Positions 13,413 through 25,896 of a DNA stretch of 64,000 nt are shown in pieces. The notes beneath the pieces were generated by a model. That model was not told the origin of the DNA. It was given only the letters and a program-made list of their open reading frames with translations, and searched no databases. The DNA comes from Anthoceros angustus (lineage: Eukaryota; Plantae; Anthocerotophyta): assembly GCA_010909165.1 (NCBI GenBank), contig MU008158.1:1141478-1205477 (forward strand), read 5' to 3'. Both the position numbers and the translations under genes were made by a program. The stretch's first letter is position 1. Every line of letters starts with the position of its first letter.

Positions 13413-16400
13413 TGTAGCATTTTGAGATATCGATCGACGGATCACGTGCACACAAAACTTGCAACATGAGAATGTATATATTTTGGGAAGGAACACATAC
13501 AACAAGTCCAAGTCTCACAAAACCTGCATAACGGAAAACTAACTAAAGAGTGCCCTAATGACAAACCCTATGTATATTGCAATGAACAAATAAACCATCA
13601 TATTTCTAACACCCCTCTCATTGAATATACGATATATTAGCAAAATGACGATTAAACCAAAGTAATTGTCAAACTCTAATTAGGGCGTGTACACACTAAA
13701 GCGGTGATCGTGTCTCGCCGCCTTACGCCACTCACCGTGTGTGTCTCCAGCTCGAGATCGCACAATACGCCTGCCTCGTGATGTCCGGTTCTAGGGCAGC
13801 TCCATTGACCTATCTCGCTCGAGGACACTCCAGAGAAATCCATAGCGCATCAGAGGACGAGGTTCAAACACAGGAAATGGAAGACGCCACTCCGCTCGCT
13901 TCAGTTGTTGCAGAATCTCCGGCATGGCGGCCGACGCACATTCGCAAGTGCCGCATTTGCTCCTCATGCCCTATCCATCCAAGGAGGCTATACGCAAGAT
14001 GACAGAGGTGCCGCCGACATCGCAGATGCTGCAGAGTGCAAATGAGAGGGAGGCAAAGCTGGTGCGAGGTTGCTTATCTCAAGCGAGCCAAACATCTTCC
14101 AAATGTACCGCTCATGCTACAACTATGCTAAGACGCGATGAGAAACTGAGAAGGACGGACACCGTGGTAATTCCCGAGAACTATGAGCCCAGACTTCAAG
14201 CCTCTAGGTCACTGTACAAGATGAGAAGGGTGGGACGGAGACGGGTGATCGAACACCAAGTTTATATCTGTCCTATCTCAAAGGTGACCATGTTCAGACA
14301 AAACTGGTGGAGATGGGGAGGACAGGATGGAAACTTTGTGTCCTATTACGGTAAGATTTCAGCATGTCTAATTTGTATGCCCACTGTTGTTGTGGTTTGA
14401 CACTGCTGTTAACAAATACATCGGATGTCCAGTATCATGAGAGAGGATGGCTGAGGAGTCAGGCATGGTCTGGATGGACGAGAACGAAGACGTATCAGAA
14501 GACGACAAGCCTGACTTTGACTCTAATTTCATTGGGCTCAACAGAACGAGCAAGAGAGGAAAGTCTAGGGCTCTGTCCCCCTCTACCTCCGAAGGCTCTG
14601 AGGAATTCTGACCACTTTAAGGGATAGTCACATAAGTAGAGGCTAATATTAAGTGAACTTCTGCTTGTCTACTACAGACTCCTCTGACAAACTCTTTTAC
14701 TGTTTGTGGGACACGTTTGATGTGTGAAGTGGTTCTAAGACACCCAAGGCCTCTTTGAATTGATAATGCTTCGCCCTAGGTAAGGATTTGGTAAGTATGT
14801 CCGCAGATTCGATTCTGGCACATATTCCGCTTTAACTGTTTGGTCTCAACAGCATGCCGTATGAAGTGATGATGAACTTCCACATGCCTGGTTCTAGCAT
14901 GGAATCGGATTTTGTGCCAATGCTAGTGCATCGATTGTCACAATATATCACGGTTGGTTCTTTCTGTGGTTGTCCAAGATCAGCCAACAACCTTCGCAGC
15001 CATATTGCTTCCTTAGATGCCTGTGTCAGGGCAGAATACTCTGCCTCCGTCGATGAAAGAGACACGGATGTTTGCTTCTTTGAAGACCATGTTACTGCTC
15101 CACCAGCAAGTAAGAAGGCATAGGCAGAAACAGACCTTCTCGTGTCAGGATCTGCTGCCCAGTCGGCATCGCAGTACCCAACAAGTGTGAGTTCCTCACC
15201 TTCATAACTCTGCTTGGTATAATGTATACCATGATCGCTCGTCCCTTTAAGATATCGCAATATACGTTTCGCAGCTGACCAGTGTGTCTTTCCTGGATTT
15301 TTGAGATGCTGCGAAACCATACTCACTGGAAGAGCTACATCAGGACGACTGTTATTGGAGCAATAAATTAAAGAACCAACTGCTTGGGCATAGGGGCGCC
15401 TCCATCTCGCTTGTCAAGATTGCCACGAGATCGAGCCACAACTTGCTTCCAGTCTCAAGAGGTGTAACAGCTGTCTTTGCCTCCTGAAGCTTATATTTAT
15501 AAAGCATGTCCAAGATATATTTCTGCTGATGAATCACCAGTGTACCGCTTGCAGGGTCTCTGTACAGCTGTGTGCCAAGGCAGTAGGACAACTCCCCAAC
15601 ATCTACCATTTCAAAACGACTAGACAGCAAGCCCTTTACTTTGGTAATTCCCTCCAGGTCTGTCCCTAACAGTATACAATCATCTACATACAGGGCTAAT
15701 ATGACAAAACCCGTTTGCTCTTGCATAAGATAGACATTTGTATCAGCTGTGCTTTTAAGAAAACCTAGACCTAAGAGAAATTCATCTATGCACTCATACC
15801 ATGCACGAGGACTCTGTTTTAAACCGTAGATTGTCTTAGGAGCTGACAGACCCAATCCTCCTTTCCTTCAACCTCAAACCCCTCAGGTTGCTGCATGAAT
15901 ATGTCTTCCTCTAACTTCCCATGTAAAAAGGCGGTCTTGACATCCATCTGATGGATGAAAAGGCCAAAGAATGCAGACATGGAGAAGAGAACCCTGAGGG
16001 ACTGAGACTTGACGACAGGACTAAAAGTGTCATGGTAATCTAAGCCCGGGACCTGTGAGAAACCTCGAGCAACTAACCTGGCCTTATACTTGGAGATAGA
16101 GCCATCCGCCTTATATTTCAACTTGAACACCCACTTCGAGGTGACAATTTTCCTCCCCTGAGGCGGAGGAACTATCTTCAGTGTTGTGTGTATCAACGAA
16201 TCATACTCGAGTTGATTGCAGCTTGCCAAAGCTTGGCCTCTAGCCCACTAACCGCCTTCCTTGTAGCTTTGGGGTTCATGACCAGTTCAAAGGCCAAGGT
16301 AACCATGTCGACCACCACTTCATCTGCAATTTGAACCATGGGGTCCGGTACCTTCAAGTCTTCATCATGGTAAGGAGGTTCCGTCCAGTTCTCACGTGAT

Positions 16401-19400
16401 CGGTGCACTCGGTGACCGTCTAAGTGGTGCGAGGTTGAGGCGGGCATGGCGTACTCAGCAGGATCATCGTCAAACCAATCGATTTTGAATATGACCAGTG
16501 AATCGAGCTCATCACCGGACCGAGCATGTTCAACGTGTCCAAGAGGCGATTGTTATCATCATCGATGAGGAGGACAAAAAGCCAACTGTGGATGTCTTGG
16601 GTTTAGATTATCGTGGGACTGAGGGGCAGCATACTGATATGAAGGATCACCGGAAACGTGACATAGGCAGGGTCACTAACGTCATCTACATCTGTCTCTA
16701 CAGGCTGAACATCAACTTTACGACATCAGGATCTGTGAAGTCATCGTGAGGGTGAACTGGAGGGTTAAGTACAGATCTCTCATCAAAGACAACTGTCCTG
16801 GCATGTGACACTCTACGAGTGGTTGGATCGAACAACTTGTAGCCATGGATGCCTGCTGTATAGCCTATAAAGATGTGACGCTTAGACTTATAGGCAAACT
16901 TGTGACGGAGTTTATCAGGAATGTGTGCATATGCTATGCTACCAAAAACTCGAAGGTGTGACAGATCAGGTTTGACTCCGCCCAAGCTTGAAAGGTGTCT
17001 GACCATGAAGAGAAGAAAGCAGACGATTGCAGTGCGTTGACACTTGCTTGCCCAAAATCGGTGATAGCCTCCCCTGATAGAGAAGAGCTCTAGCAGCATC
17101 CTGAATGGTTCTGTCTTCTCTCGGCCATTCATGTCCGAGTGGTATGGAATTGTGAGTTGTCGAGTAATCCCCTCTCCGGCAATACTCCGAAAAGTCAGAT
17201 AAATACTCCTTTCCATTATCGTAACGGATACACTTTAATTTGTAACCGGCGTCTCTCAAGATATGCCGGTACCGCTTGGTGGAACACATCACTCTTGTGG
17301 CGAAGGAGTTACATCACGGTAAAATGTGACTTGTCATCTTCAAACACGACGAAATATCTTGCCTCCCCAAGAGTTCAGGACATAGGTCCACATATGTCGA
17401 TGAACCAGTCAAGTATTTATGTAGCCTTTCTTGGTTTTCCACTACCAAAATGGGATTTGAATTGTTTACCATGCACACAGGCCACGCATGATCAATGTCA
17501 ATAAGTTCCTTCTCACTAAAACCGATTACCATCCTTCTCAAGAAGTCTCCTCATCGCTTGGATATTGGGATGTCCCAAGTGCGATTACATTTAAATGCAT
17601 TGCTTGAGGTGCCATTGGTACTAACATCGATGCGTTAAGCGATGCGGTGGAGCGTCAAGCAAAATCTAGCAAATAAAGGTCGAGAGGGTCCCTCGAGCAA
17701 TCACCATCAAGGTCTTGGCGGTCTAGAAATATGGCATTCAATACCTTCGAATGTGATTATCTTGCTGTCTTCCCAAGTGCCATAGTGCTAACCAAGTTCT
17801 TTGCAAGTCCGGAACATGTAAAGCTCTCCAAAGTAGGTAACTTCCGTCCTTCAAAGTGATTTGAATGTCTCCCGATCCTTTGATTGGAATGGTTGAGTTA
17901 TCTCCTAATACCACCACTGTGGGGCATGTGGAGATGGCTCATATGTGATAAAAGACTTTCTCTTTGAACACATATGATTGGAGGCTCCACCGGGAACCAT
18001 TTCGGCAGTCTTTAGTGGAAGAACCGAGATATGCAACTATGAGACTGGTGTAGAAGCCCTAGCAGTGTGAGCTTCACTTTGTTTACCTTTTGCACTCTCA
18101 TCTCTGACTTTCTTCCTACAATCCTTTACCCAGTGGCCTGGCTTTCCACAATAATTACAATTCCCAGGCTTGGAGGTAGAATTAGAATTGGAGGATGGCT
18201 GACCTGAAGGTAGAAAGGATGACTGATACAACCCTCTACCCCTGCCAAAACCACCCCTACCTCTACCTCTGCCTCTACCACGCCCCCTACCCCTACCAGA
18301 GAACAAGGCTGTATCACTCTGTTTATGTGGGGCATAAGAAGCGGAAGAATTACCCTTCATTTGTTTTCTATTCGCTTCAAATTGCAGCAAAGCTCCTACA
18401 ACCTTCTGCACAGACAGGTTAGAAGTTGCTGGGGCAGTGGCTGTGGCAGGTATAACTGTTGCCGATGTTTGAAGGCTTGAGCTAAAGAATTCATAACTTG
18501 ATGGAAGTGAAAGTAATAGTAACCGCCGCCTTGATTACGAGATGATTACTCCGCAGAAGCAAGTCCGCTCGCAGCCCTAAACTTAGAGACATGGCTCTCG
18601 GAGTCACTCTCTTTCATGCGAAGTGTCCTGCATCGCAGTGTAGCCGCACCTGCTACCATATCCTTTGTATCATAGGTGTCGATAGCAATGACCAAACCTC
18701 GCTTTGAAGTTTGCGTCATTTTATATGAGGTATCATCTCTTGAGACACGGAAGCCACAAGTATGTTTCTTGCCTTCGTCTTATGCTTCCATTCTAACTCA
18801 TCATACGTGTATATGTAGGTACCGCATCACTGTGTGTAGACGGTCCGGAGGGCGACCAGCAATTTTTCTTGGTATCCCCATCGACAACATCCATCAAAAG
18901 CTTCTCATCTAAGATGCAACGCACCCTGAAGCTCCAGGCATCAAAATTATGAGAGGTCAGTCGATCCTTCTCCTGTAATCTGTCAGACCCAGTGTCAGGA
19001 TTAGAAGACCCCATGATGCCTGTTAGCCACAACTTATGACTCAAAGAGGAACAGGCGACAGGCGAGCCAACTGCTCCCTGAGGCTGTCAATGTCTTGTTC
19101 TTGCTTCGCCATTGTCACAAGGTCAGAAACCCGCAATCTCTCAAGTCGATCCTGTCTTGACTGTAGGTTATCAGCACGCGTGGTGTACTCCAGCAAAGTG
19201 CTCCGCATATTCAAGATGGAATTCAGAATAACATCATGTTCAGTAAACCTTTCTTGGTAATGCTTCGGATTACTGAATTGTGCAGAATTTGATGGAGTTA
19301 AATTTGTATGCTGATTCCTGCAGATAGGCCGCCTCACTTGGGGTTGATTAAATTGATTGTAATCCGGCCTTCCATCAGGAATTGAGAATTGACAAGAACG

Positions 19401-19851
19401 TAGAGAAAACGTGATCTTTCAATTCTTTCAGCAGCAGAAGCTCCTCTCTTGAAGTATTTCCTCTCAAATGCAGTCTGAGAGGACTGACTGTTCTTTTCCT
19501 TATCAGACTCAGGCCAGGATTGCCTAAGATGATTTCTGCGAGGCATCCTGCCTATCCGCAGCTAGGGTTTCAGATGTCTTATGCATGTGACAATGGCTAG
19601 AGACAAACTAATGAAAGCAAGACACAGGCCGCACATGGCTCTGATACCATGTAGCGTTTTGAGATATCAGATCGACAGATCACGTGCACACAAAACTTGC
19701 AACATGAGAGTGTGTATATTTTGGGAAGGGAACACATAGAACAAGTCCAAGTCTCACAAAACGGTTACAACGGAAAACTAACTAAAGAGTGCCCTAATGA
19801 CAAACCCTATGTATATTGCAATGAACAAATAAACTACTGTTATTTCTAACA
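13413..19851 (-). mobile_element. Full-length Ty1/Copia LTR retrotransposon A (~6.4 kb); LTRs 19650-19851 (5') and 13413-13611 (3')
   Basis: ~200-bp LTRs with TG...CA ends. PBS TGGTATCAGAGCC at 19637-19649, PPT at 13612-13619, 5-bp TSD GTATT (13408-13412 and 19852-19856). Order gag, CCHC knuckle (CNYCGKPGHWVKDC), protease, integrase, RT (ALYVDD), RNase H (YCDADWA). Confidence 0.95.
13781..14646 (+). CDS. Putative spliced antisense ORF inside Copia A, between RNase H and the 3' LTR; unknown protein
   Basis: A reading frame of roughly 260 aa can be pieced together from the frameshifted copies (MSGSRAAPLT..SEDEVQTQEMEDATPL..QSANEREAKLVQEVAYLKQ..MRRVVTESGATIWNTQVY..GNFVSYY|DHERGW..WMDENEDVSEDDKPDFDS). 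Candidate 82-bp GTAAG...CAG intron at 14351-14432. Confidence 0.5.
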
Positions 19852-22733
19852 GTATTAAAGGCTATAAGATCATTCATCCTCAAACCCACAAGGTGACTCA
19901 TTCCCGCGATGTCACCTTTCTTGAGGACATGCAGCCACAGCCAGTGGGAGCTTCACACTCTGCAGATAGCGACGACGAGGACGGCTCCGTGGATTTCTCT
20001 GCTCCTGGCACCCCCGCGCCACAACCACAACCCTGTGCTCGGCTGCCTCCCCTCGCCCACCGCCTGCCACCAGCCACACCTGCACCCACGCACGGCCCCT
20101 CACATCAGCCCGCTGCGGACACACCACAACCAATCCTCTTTGGCGACTTGACAGATGAACTGGCGCCTCACTTGCGTAGCGTCCTCGAGCCCAGCGCCAC
20201 GGCTCTGTAGCGAAGGGGGACGGCGAGCTCGACATCCGCTAGAAGAGGACGAAGACCTCCATTACAGAGCCGCAAGCGCACCGTGACCCACCAACTGGCA
20301 ATCCAAGCACAACCGGAGAGCTCGGCGTAACGCCGCCACGAATAGCGGCGCGCTACAACCGGCACAAGGACTAAGACTCCAGCCGCTTCTCCATGGCTGC
20401 ACTACCGGCGGTCTCCACAATCAGGCGCGCCCGGCGATCACTCACAGGCGCGTGCGCGCGAGGACACTCCTCAGCATTTGGGATCGGGATCCGACATCCT
20501 GCACGGCACACCAGCATCGCGCGGCACTTACTCCGGCTTGGACGGTGTCTTCAACGCGACCCGGCACCTTGCCTCCTCTTCACCAACCGACACCGGCCTA
20601 CCACATAATCGATTTAATATTTATGGGCCTTATCCCGGCACTCCAAAGGCAAGTAGAAATATATATTCTGATTTATCTAATTATGATAATCGAGATATTC
20701 AACCTACAAACACTTAAGGCAACAACAACACTCCGGATCTTCATCATGAGAGCACACATGAGGACATTCCACATCAACCTAATACCAACCAGCCTAGACG
20801 TAGGCATTCTCAGCGTTCCAATGCAGGTAAAATACATAGATATTCCCCTACTAACTGGCAGGATCCTAAGAGCAATATAGCATATTGTCTTAATGCAGCT
20901 ATAGATCAGTTTATCCCTGCCAGCTACCAGGAGGCAATCACCTACCCACAAAAGGAACACTGGAAGCAAGCAATCAGGTCAGAACTAGAATCCTTAGAAG
21001 CTAATAAGACTTGGACTTTAACTACTCTACCTAAGGATAGAAAGCTAGTAGGTTCTAAGTGGACATTTAAGATTAAGTTAAATGCTGACGGCAGCATAGA
21101 AAGGTATAAAGCAAGATTAGTAGCCAAGGGATATTCACAAAAATATGGTTTCGACTACGACGAAACCTTTAGTCCCGTGCTTAAAATAACTTCACTTAGG
21201 ATCCTCTTAGCCTTAGCATCTCACCATGACTATGAGCTAATGCAACTTGATATTAAGACAACTTTTCTATATGGAGATCTCGACCACACTATTTACATGG
21301 AGATTCCCGAAGGGATACATGTGCAGGATAGGAGAAAATACAATGCCTGCTTATTACTCAAGTCCTTATGTGGACTTAAGCAAAGCGCCATGAAATGGTA
21401 TTATAAGTTAGATGTTAGCCTTAAGGAGCTAGGGTTCACCAGGCTAAACTCAGATAGCAACATCTATATCAAAAGATCAGGTACCGAATTCATTGTTTTA
21501 GGAGTATATGTAAACGACATAGTTCTTATGTCTAACACTAAGGCAATATTAGAAAATACCAGATCTATGCTAGCTAAGCGTTTCTCTATGACTACTTGTA
21601 GAGAACTTTTCTTTTGTTTAGGCATTCAGGTTCTAAGGGATAGAAATGCTAGAAGTATTCTTATTCACCAATCCAAATACATTCAAGAGATCTTAACTAA
21701 GTTTAAGATGTTAGACGCTAAACCCATCTCTACACCTATGGAGATGAACCTTAAGCTTAGTAAGGAACCAGATCAACAGGATGACACCTCGGACACTACT
21801 CCTCCTCCTTACTCTTCAGCCGTAGGTAGTCTCATGTACCTCATGGTTTGTACTAGACCAGACTTGTCCTACTCAGTGGGAGCTCTAGCACAGTTTCTAT
21901 CAGCTCCTACTCGAGCTCATTGGAAGGCGGTTAAGAGAATATTCAGATATCTGAGAGCAACCTCGGACCTAGGGTTGCTCTATCAATCACATATCAAGCA
22001 AGGAGAACCTTTACAACTTGAAGGTTTTAGCGACGCTGATTGGGCTGGAAATGTCGACGATAGAAAGAGCATTAGCAGCTATCTCTACCTACTAGGAGGC
22101 ACAGCAACAAATTGGAGTAGCAAGAGACAGCAGGTGGTCGCACTCAGCTCCACCGAAGCAGAGTATTGTTCCTTAACACATGCCTGCAAAGACGGACTAT
22201 GGCAACTCCTTCAACTTTCAGAGTTAGGGGAGACTCAGAGAATCCCTAGGCCTCTCTACTGCGACAATCAGGGTGCTATCGCACTCACATATAATCCAAA
22301 GTTCCACGCGCGGACGAAGCACGTGGAGATCCAATTCCATTTTATAAGGCAAGTGGTCGATGAAGGCAAGTTCATAGTTCTTTATTGCCCGACGGAACAA
22401 ATGACGGCCGACGTGCTTACGAAGGCACTCAGCTCCAAGCATCAAGAACACATGAGAAAATATGGGACTAAGAAAAGTCTCAGAAATCAGCTATGGTACT
22501 TAGCATAGTTTTATATATAGCCTAAGGACTAGATGCTAAGTGGGAGTGTTAAAGTAGTAGCATCTGCCCTTAGGGCACGTTTCAGTTCTTTAGCAGATTT
22601 TAAGAACTCAAGCGTTATAGCTGAACAGGCATCACCGAACGGTTACAAAAAAAGCAGCGTTTGGGCACAGCCCCGAACGTACATCATGTACACTGCTCCT
22701 CATTGCTAATCAATCAATCCAATCTGTCTAACA
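19852..22733 (+). mobile_element. Copia element B, 3' part: integrase tail, linker, RT-RNase H, PPT, 3' LTR (22547-22733)
   Basis: Long open RT/RNase H frame (~20850-22508; SKWTFKIKLNADGSIERYKARLVAKG, FSDADWAG, EAEY, CDNQ). PPT AAGTGGGAG then TGTT...AACA. The RT motif reads YVND instead of YVDD. Confidence 0.92.
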
Positions 22734-23368
22734 CATCCTGTGCCCGGTCCATGTGACCGCAACACGCAGGCTATCAAGTTTCAACCACTATTGCCTGTTC
22801 CGCAGGCCCTCCCTGAAATCCCCCCTCTCCGTCTCCCTTCCCTCCCTGAAATCCCCCGCCTCTCCCTCTCCCTTCCCTCCCTGAAACCCCCTCTCCCCGC
22901 CCCCTCTCCTTTTCCCTCTCCCTCTCCTTCCTTCCTTCCTTCCTTCCTCCCGCCAGCCCGAGAGAGCCGGTGGCTGGGTTGAGCATCCCTCTATTGTTCA
23001 TCACACTCACAACAGTTGCATAATGATTTCTTTCTCTTCAATCGTACATCACATAAGACGGTCAGAGTGAAGGCGAACCCAATGGCTCAGCACGATTCAT
23101 TGGTGAGACGATTGTTACTACATTCGGTAGTCTAGTTCAGAACAGTCCGTCCCTGCTTTTCTTGTGGGGCATCCCGGTTTCCCTTGTGTACGGCGTTGGG
23201 TGGCGAGCACGGCCAGCTGCCCGGGACCCAGGCAGATTAATGAGCAAGCTAGCAGGTGGGCAGGAGCGGGCATTACACGCGTGATCATACACCCACTCGA
23301 TCGGCTAACCACCCACAGTGTAGAATTTGTGGAATGCCTGCTTGTCTGCATGGGTGCTCGATCCCAGC

Positions 23369-24151
23369 TCAGACGTTGGTAACGGGGGGCAGTAATTCCT
23401 GCAGCGCAGCCAGCCCAGCGACGCGCTTGGAGCTGGCGGCCTCGCTCTCCAAGGTGACGCGCCACACGTTTGTGGCGCTCTGCTGCCCCGTGGTGGCGTC
23501 CACGGAGGAGGTGACGGTAGCCTGCGTGGCCACGCCCCTGGCGCAGCGGAAAGCGCCGGTGCCTCCCAACACGGCCAGCTCGCGCACGTCGATGAGCTTG
23601 TTGGAGGTGCCGGCCACGACCAGGCTGCCGCTCACGGACTCGGTGTCAAAGGTGAAGGCGATGGTGAGCGTGGAGTTGGAGGTGCCGGGCACCCCCGCGG
23701 TGTTAAGGCTGTAGCCCCTGGCGCGCCCCAGGGGCTTGGACGCCGGGTCGGCCCCCACGGTGAGCGCGTCGTCGAACACCAGGATCCTCCCAAACTTGTC
23801 CCTGCTCGGATCCCCAGCCGCCGATTCCCATTCCGTGGGCGACTCCCCGCCGATGGTGAGGTGCGCGTAGAACTGGAACTCCAGAACCGGGGCGTCCTCG
23901 CAGGTTCCCACCTCCCGCAGGCCCTGCACCCAAAATTCAATGTCTCCACATCCATCACTTGCTAATTCATGTCTCCACAGCACACAGACAGACAGACAGA
24001 GACAGACAGACGGACAGACAGACAGAAAGACAGACAGACAGAGCCGCAAACTAAAGAGCTACGACGGGAGCGCGCGGTAGCAAAACAAGGAATATTATGC
24101 ATCGCTCACGTTATGCTGCCAGGGCTCGGAGAGCGCAAAGGCTGCAGCCAT
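23369..24151 (-). CDS. Dirigent-like protein 1 (2 exons: 24151-24110 and 23923-23369)
   Basis: Dirigent motifs FGRILVFDDALTVG, LGRARG, ELAVLGGTGAFRCARGVA. A phase-0 GT-AG intron joins MAAAFALSEPWQHN in frame. The start exon is inferred. Confidence 0.8.
23985..24040. repeat. (GACA)n microsatellite in the dirigent-like 1 intron
   Basis: Read directly. Confidence 0.9.
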
Positions 24152-24994
24152 GCTGGCCAGATTCTGGACCTCGGGTCGTGTGGTGAGTGATCGCAAGGAT
24201 CCCAGGGCCTGCTGATACGTCCGGTCGGCGGAAAGGCACGAATTGGAAGCTACTGTTAGTAGTGGGATGTTGGAACTACAGCTTCTGCTACTCCAGATCC
24301 TTATACATCACTCCCATCGGCAAGCTGAGACAGTGCCGGGCACCGCAGAGTGTCCATCATTAAGCATGTGGCAAGGCGCATTTTGCACTGCACAATCTGG
24401 TGAACGATCTTCTCGGCTGATGAAGTTGCAGGCAACTGCGAGACATGCCATGAGTCAAAGGCTCGTCAGATGCCTTCGTCATGAATGCACGGTGTCTTTG
24501 GTACCGGGTCGGCACACCCCAAATCCACACGTCTCTACTATATTCGGCTATCACAGCTTCTAATGGTTTAGGCATAAATATTTTACTGTATCCAGATTTT
24601 ACTATTCACTGAGAAACGATGGCGAGCTTGCCGTGCAGGTGCAGGTCTTGCCTTTCGGATTTGTGAGTGCGCGTGCGGCCGGGATTTGGGCCATGCCCGA
24701 CTTGGCTCATGGGCGGCCCTGGTTCACGGTGGTGGAGGCTCGGAAGCATCCCTGTAGTTATCCTATTTCAGGGCATGGGAGACTGGGTCAGGCTGTGAAG
24801 ATCAAGTCTCAACGGCGTTGCGATAACACTAGAGAATACTTCAAGACACAGTGAAAACAAAAGGTGGAAGAGTTGTGGGTGGAGAGGAAGAACGTCACCA
24901 TGTCGGTTTAGAGTGATACAAAGCAAGCTTTGTATGTGTAAGCAATGCAAAAAGGGCTGTTCTCTACGTTCTTTCTTCTATGAAGTCCTGTCCA

Positions 24995-25896
24995 TTATCG
25001 GAGAAGAAGTTCAGACAAACCGAGCCTGAGACGGTCAGTGTCCAGACTGTCCCGCTGGAGCACGATGGTCCATTTGTTGGTGGACGAGAATTCACCAGCC
25101 GAATTGGAGGAAGAAGATATTGGGCTTTGAATGGCGACGCCCTGGGCTAACCGAAAATCTTCCGTGCCTGCCAAAATCGCCACCTCTCGATCAGGCTGCA
25201 CCTTGTTGGTGGTGCCCCCAACGATGAGACTGCCCTTCACATCGCCAGTATTGATCATGAAGGTTAAGAAGAGGGAAGAGTTGTTGTTGCCAGTGGCTTC
25301 ATCTGTGTTGACGGCGATGCCTCTGGCACGCCCGATGGGTGTGGAGGCCGGTTCTGGGCCGGCTGTAATCACGTCGTCCACAGCAAGGATGGTCCCAAAC
25401 CTGAAGCTGCTGAGATCGCCTCCCGGTGCAGCCACAGGTACCTCAGAGGCACCTGATCCCCCGATCTGCAGGTGTACATAGAACTTGAAGGAGAGTGCAT
25501 CTTTTGTGCTGTCCAGAGCCGACCTGGAAAACACCACTTCAACATCAACATGTGTGTATGTGTGGCTGTTGCAACAGGAGGCTATCCTCCTCAACTCTGG
25601 CAGATACACAGGACAGGCCTCTCACCTGGAAAGCACTGCACTTTGGTCGACAGCACTGGCAATATCGGCGATGAGGGCAGTGCTCTGCACAGAAAAATTC
25701 CTGCATTAGCACATTCTGTCAAGGGAAGAGAACACTTGTAACCAAGCTTTGCAATTGACCTCCAGTGATGGGGAGCCGGTAGTTCCCTACATACGTGGGC
25801 ATGTTCTGCTGATGCAGATGGCGGAGACGACAAGATAGTGACTCCTGCTAGTAGTGCAACGGCAGCCCGAGATAAGCTTGTCAGAGTTGATGTCAT
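24995..25896 (-). CDS. Dirigent-like protein 2 with signal peptide (probably 3 exons)
   Basis: FGTILAVDDVITAG, IGRARG, EVAILAGTEDFRLAQGVA. An upstream exon encodes the hydrophobic leader MTSTLTSLSRAAVALLAGVTILSSPPSASA. Confidence 0.8.

Noticed and set aside
22740-23010. Pro-rich / Gly-Arg-rich ORFs
   Set aside because: They arise from a CT-rich low-complexity tract next to the B LTR.
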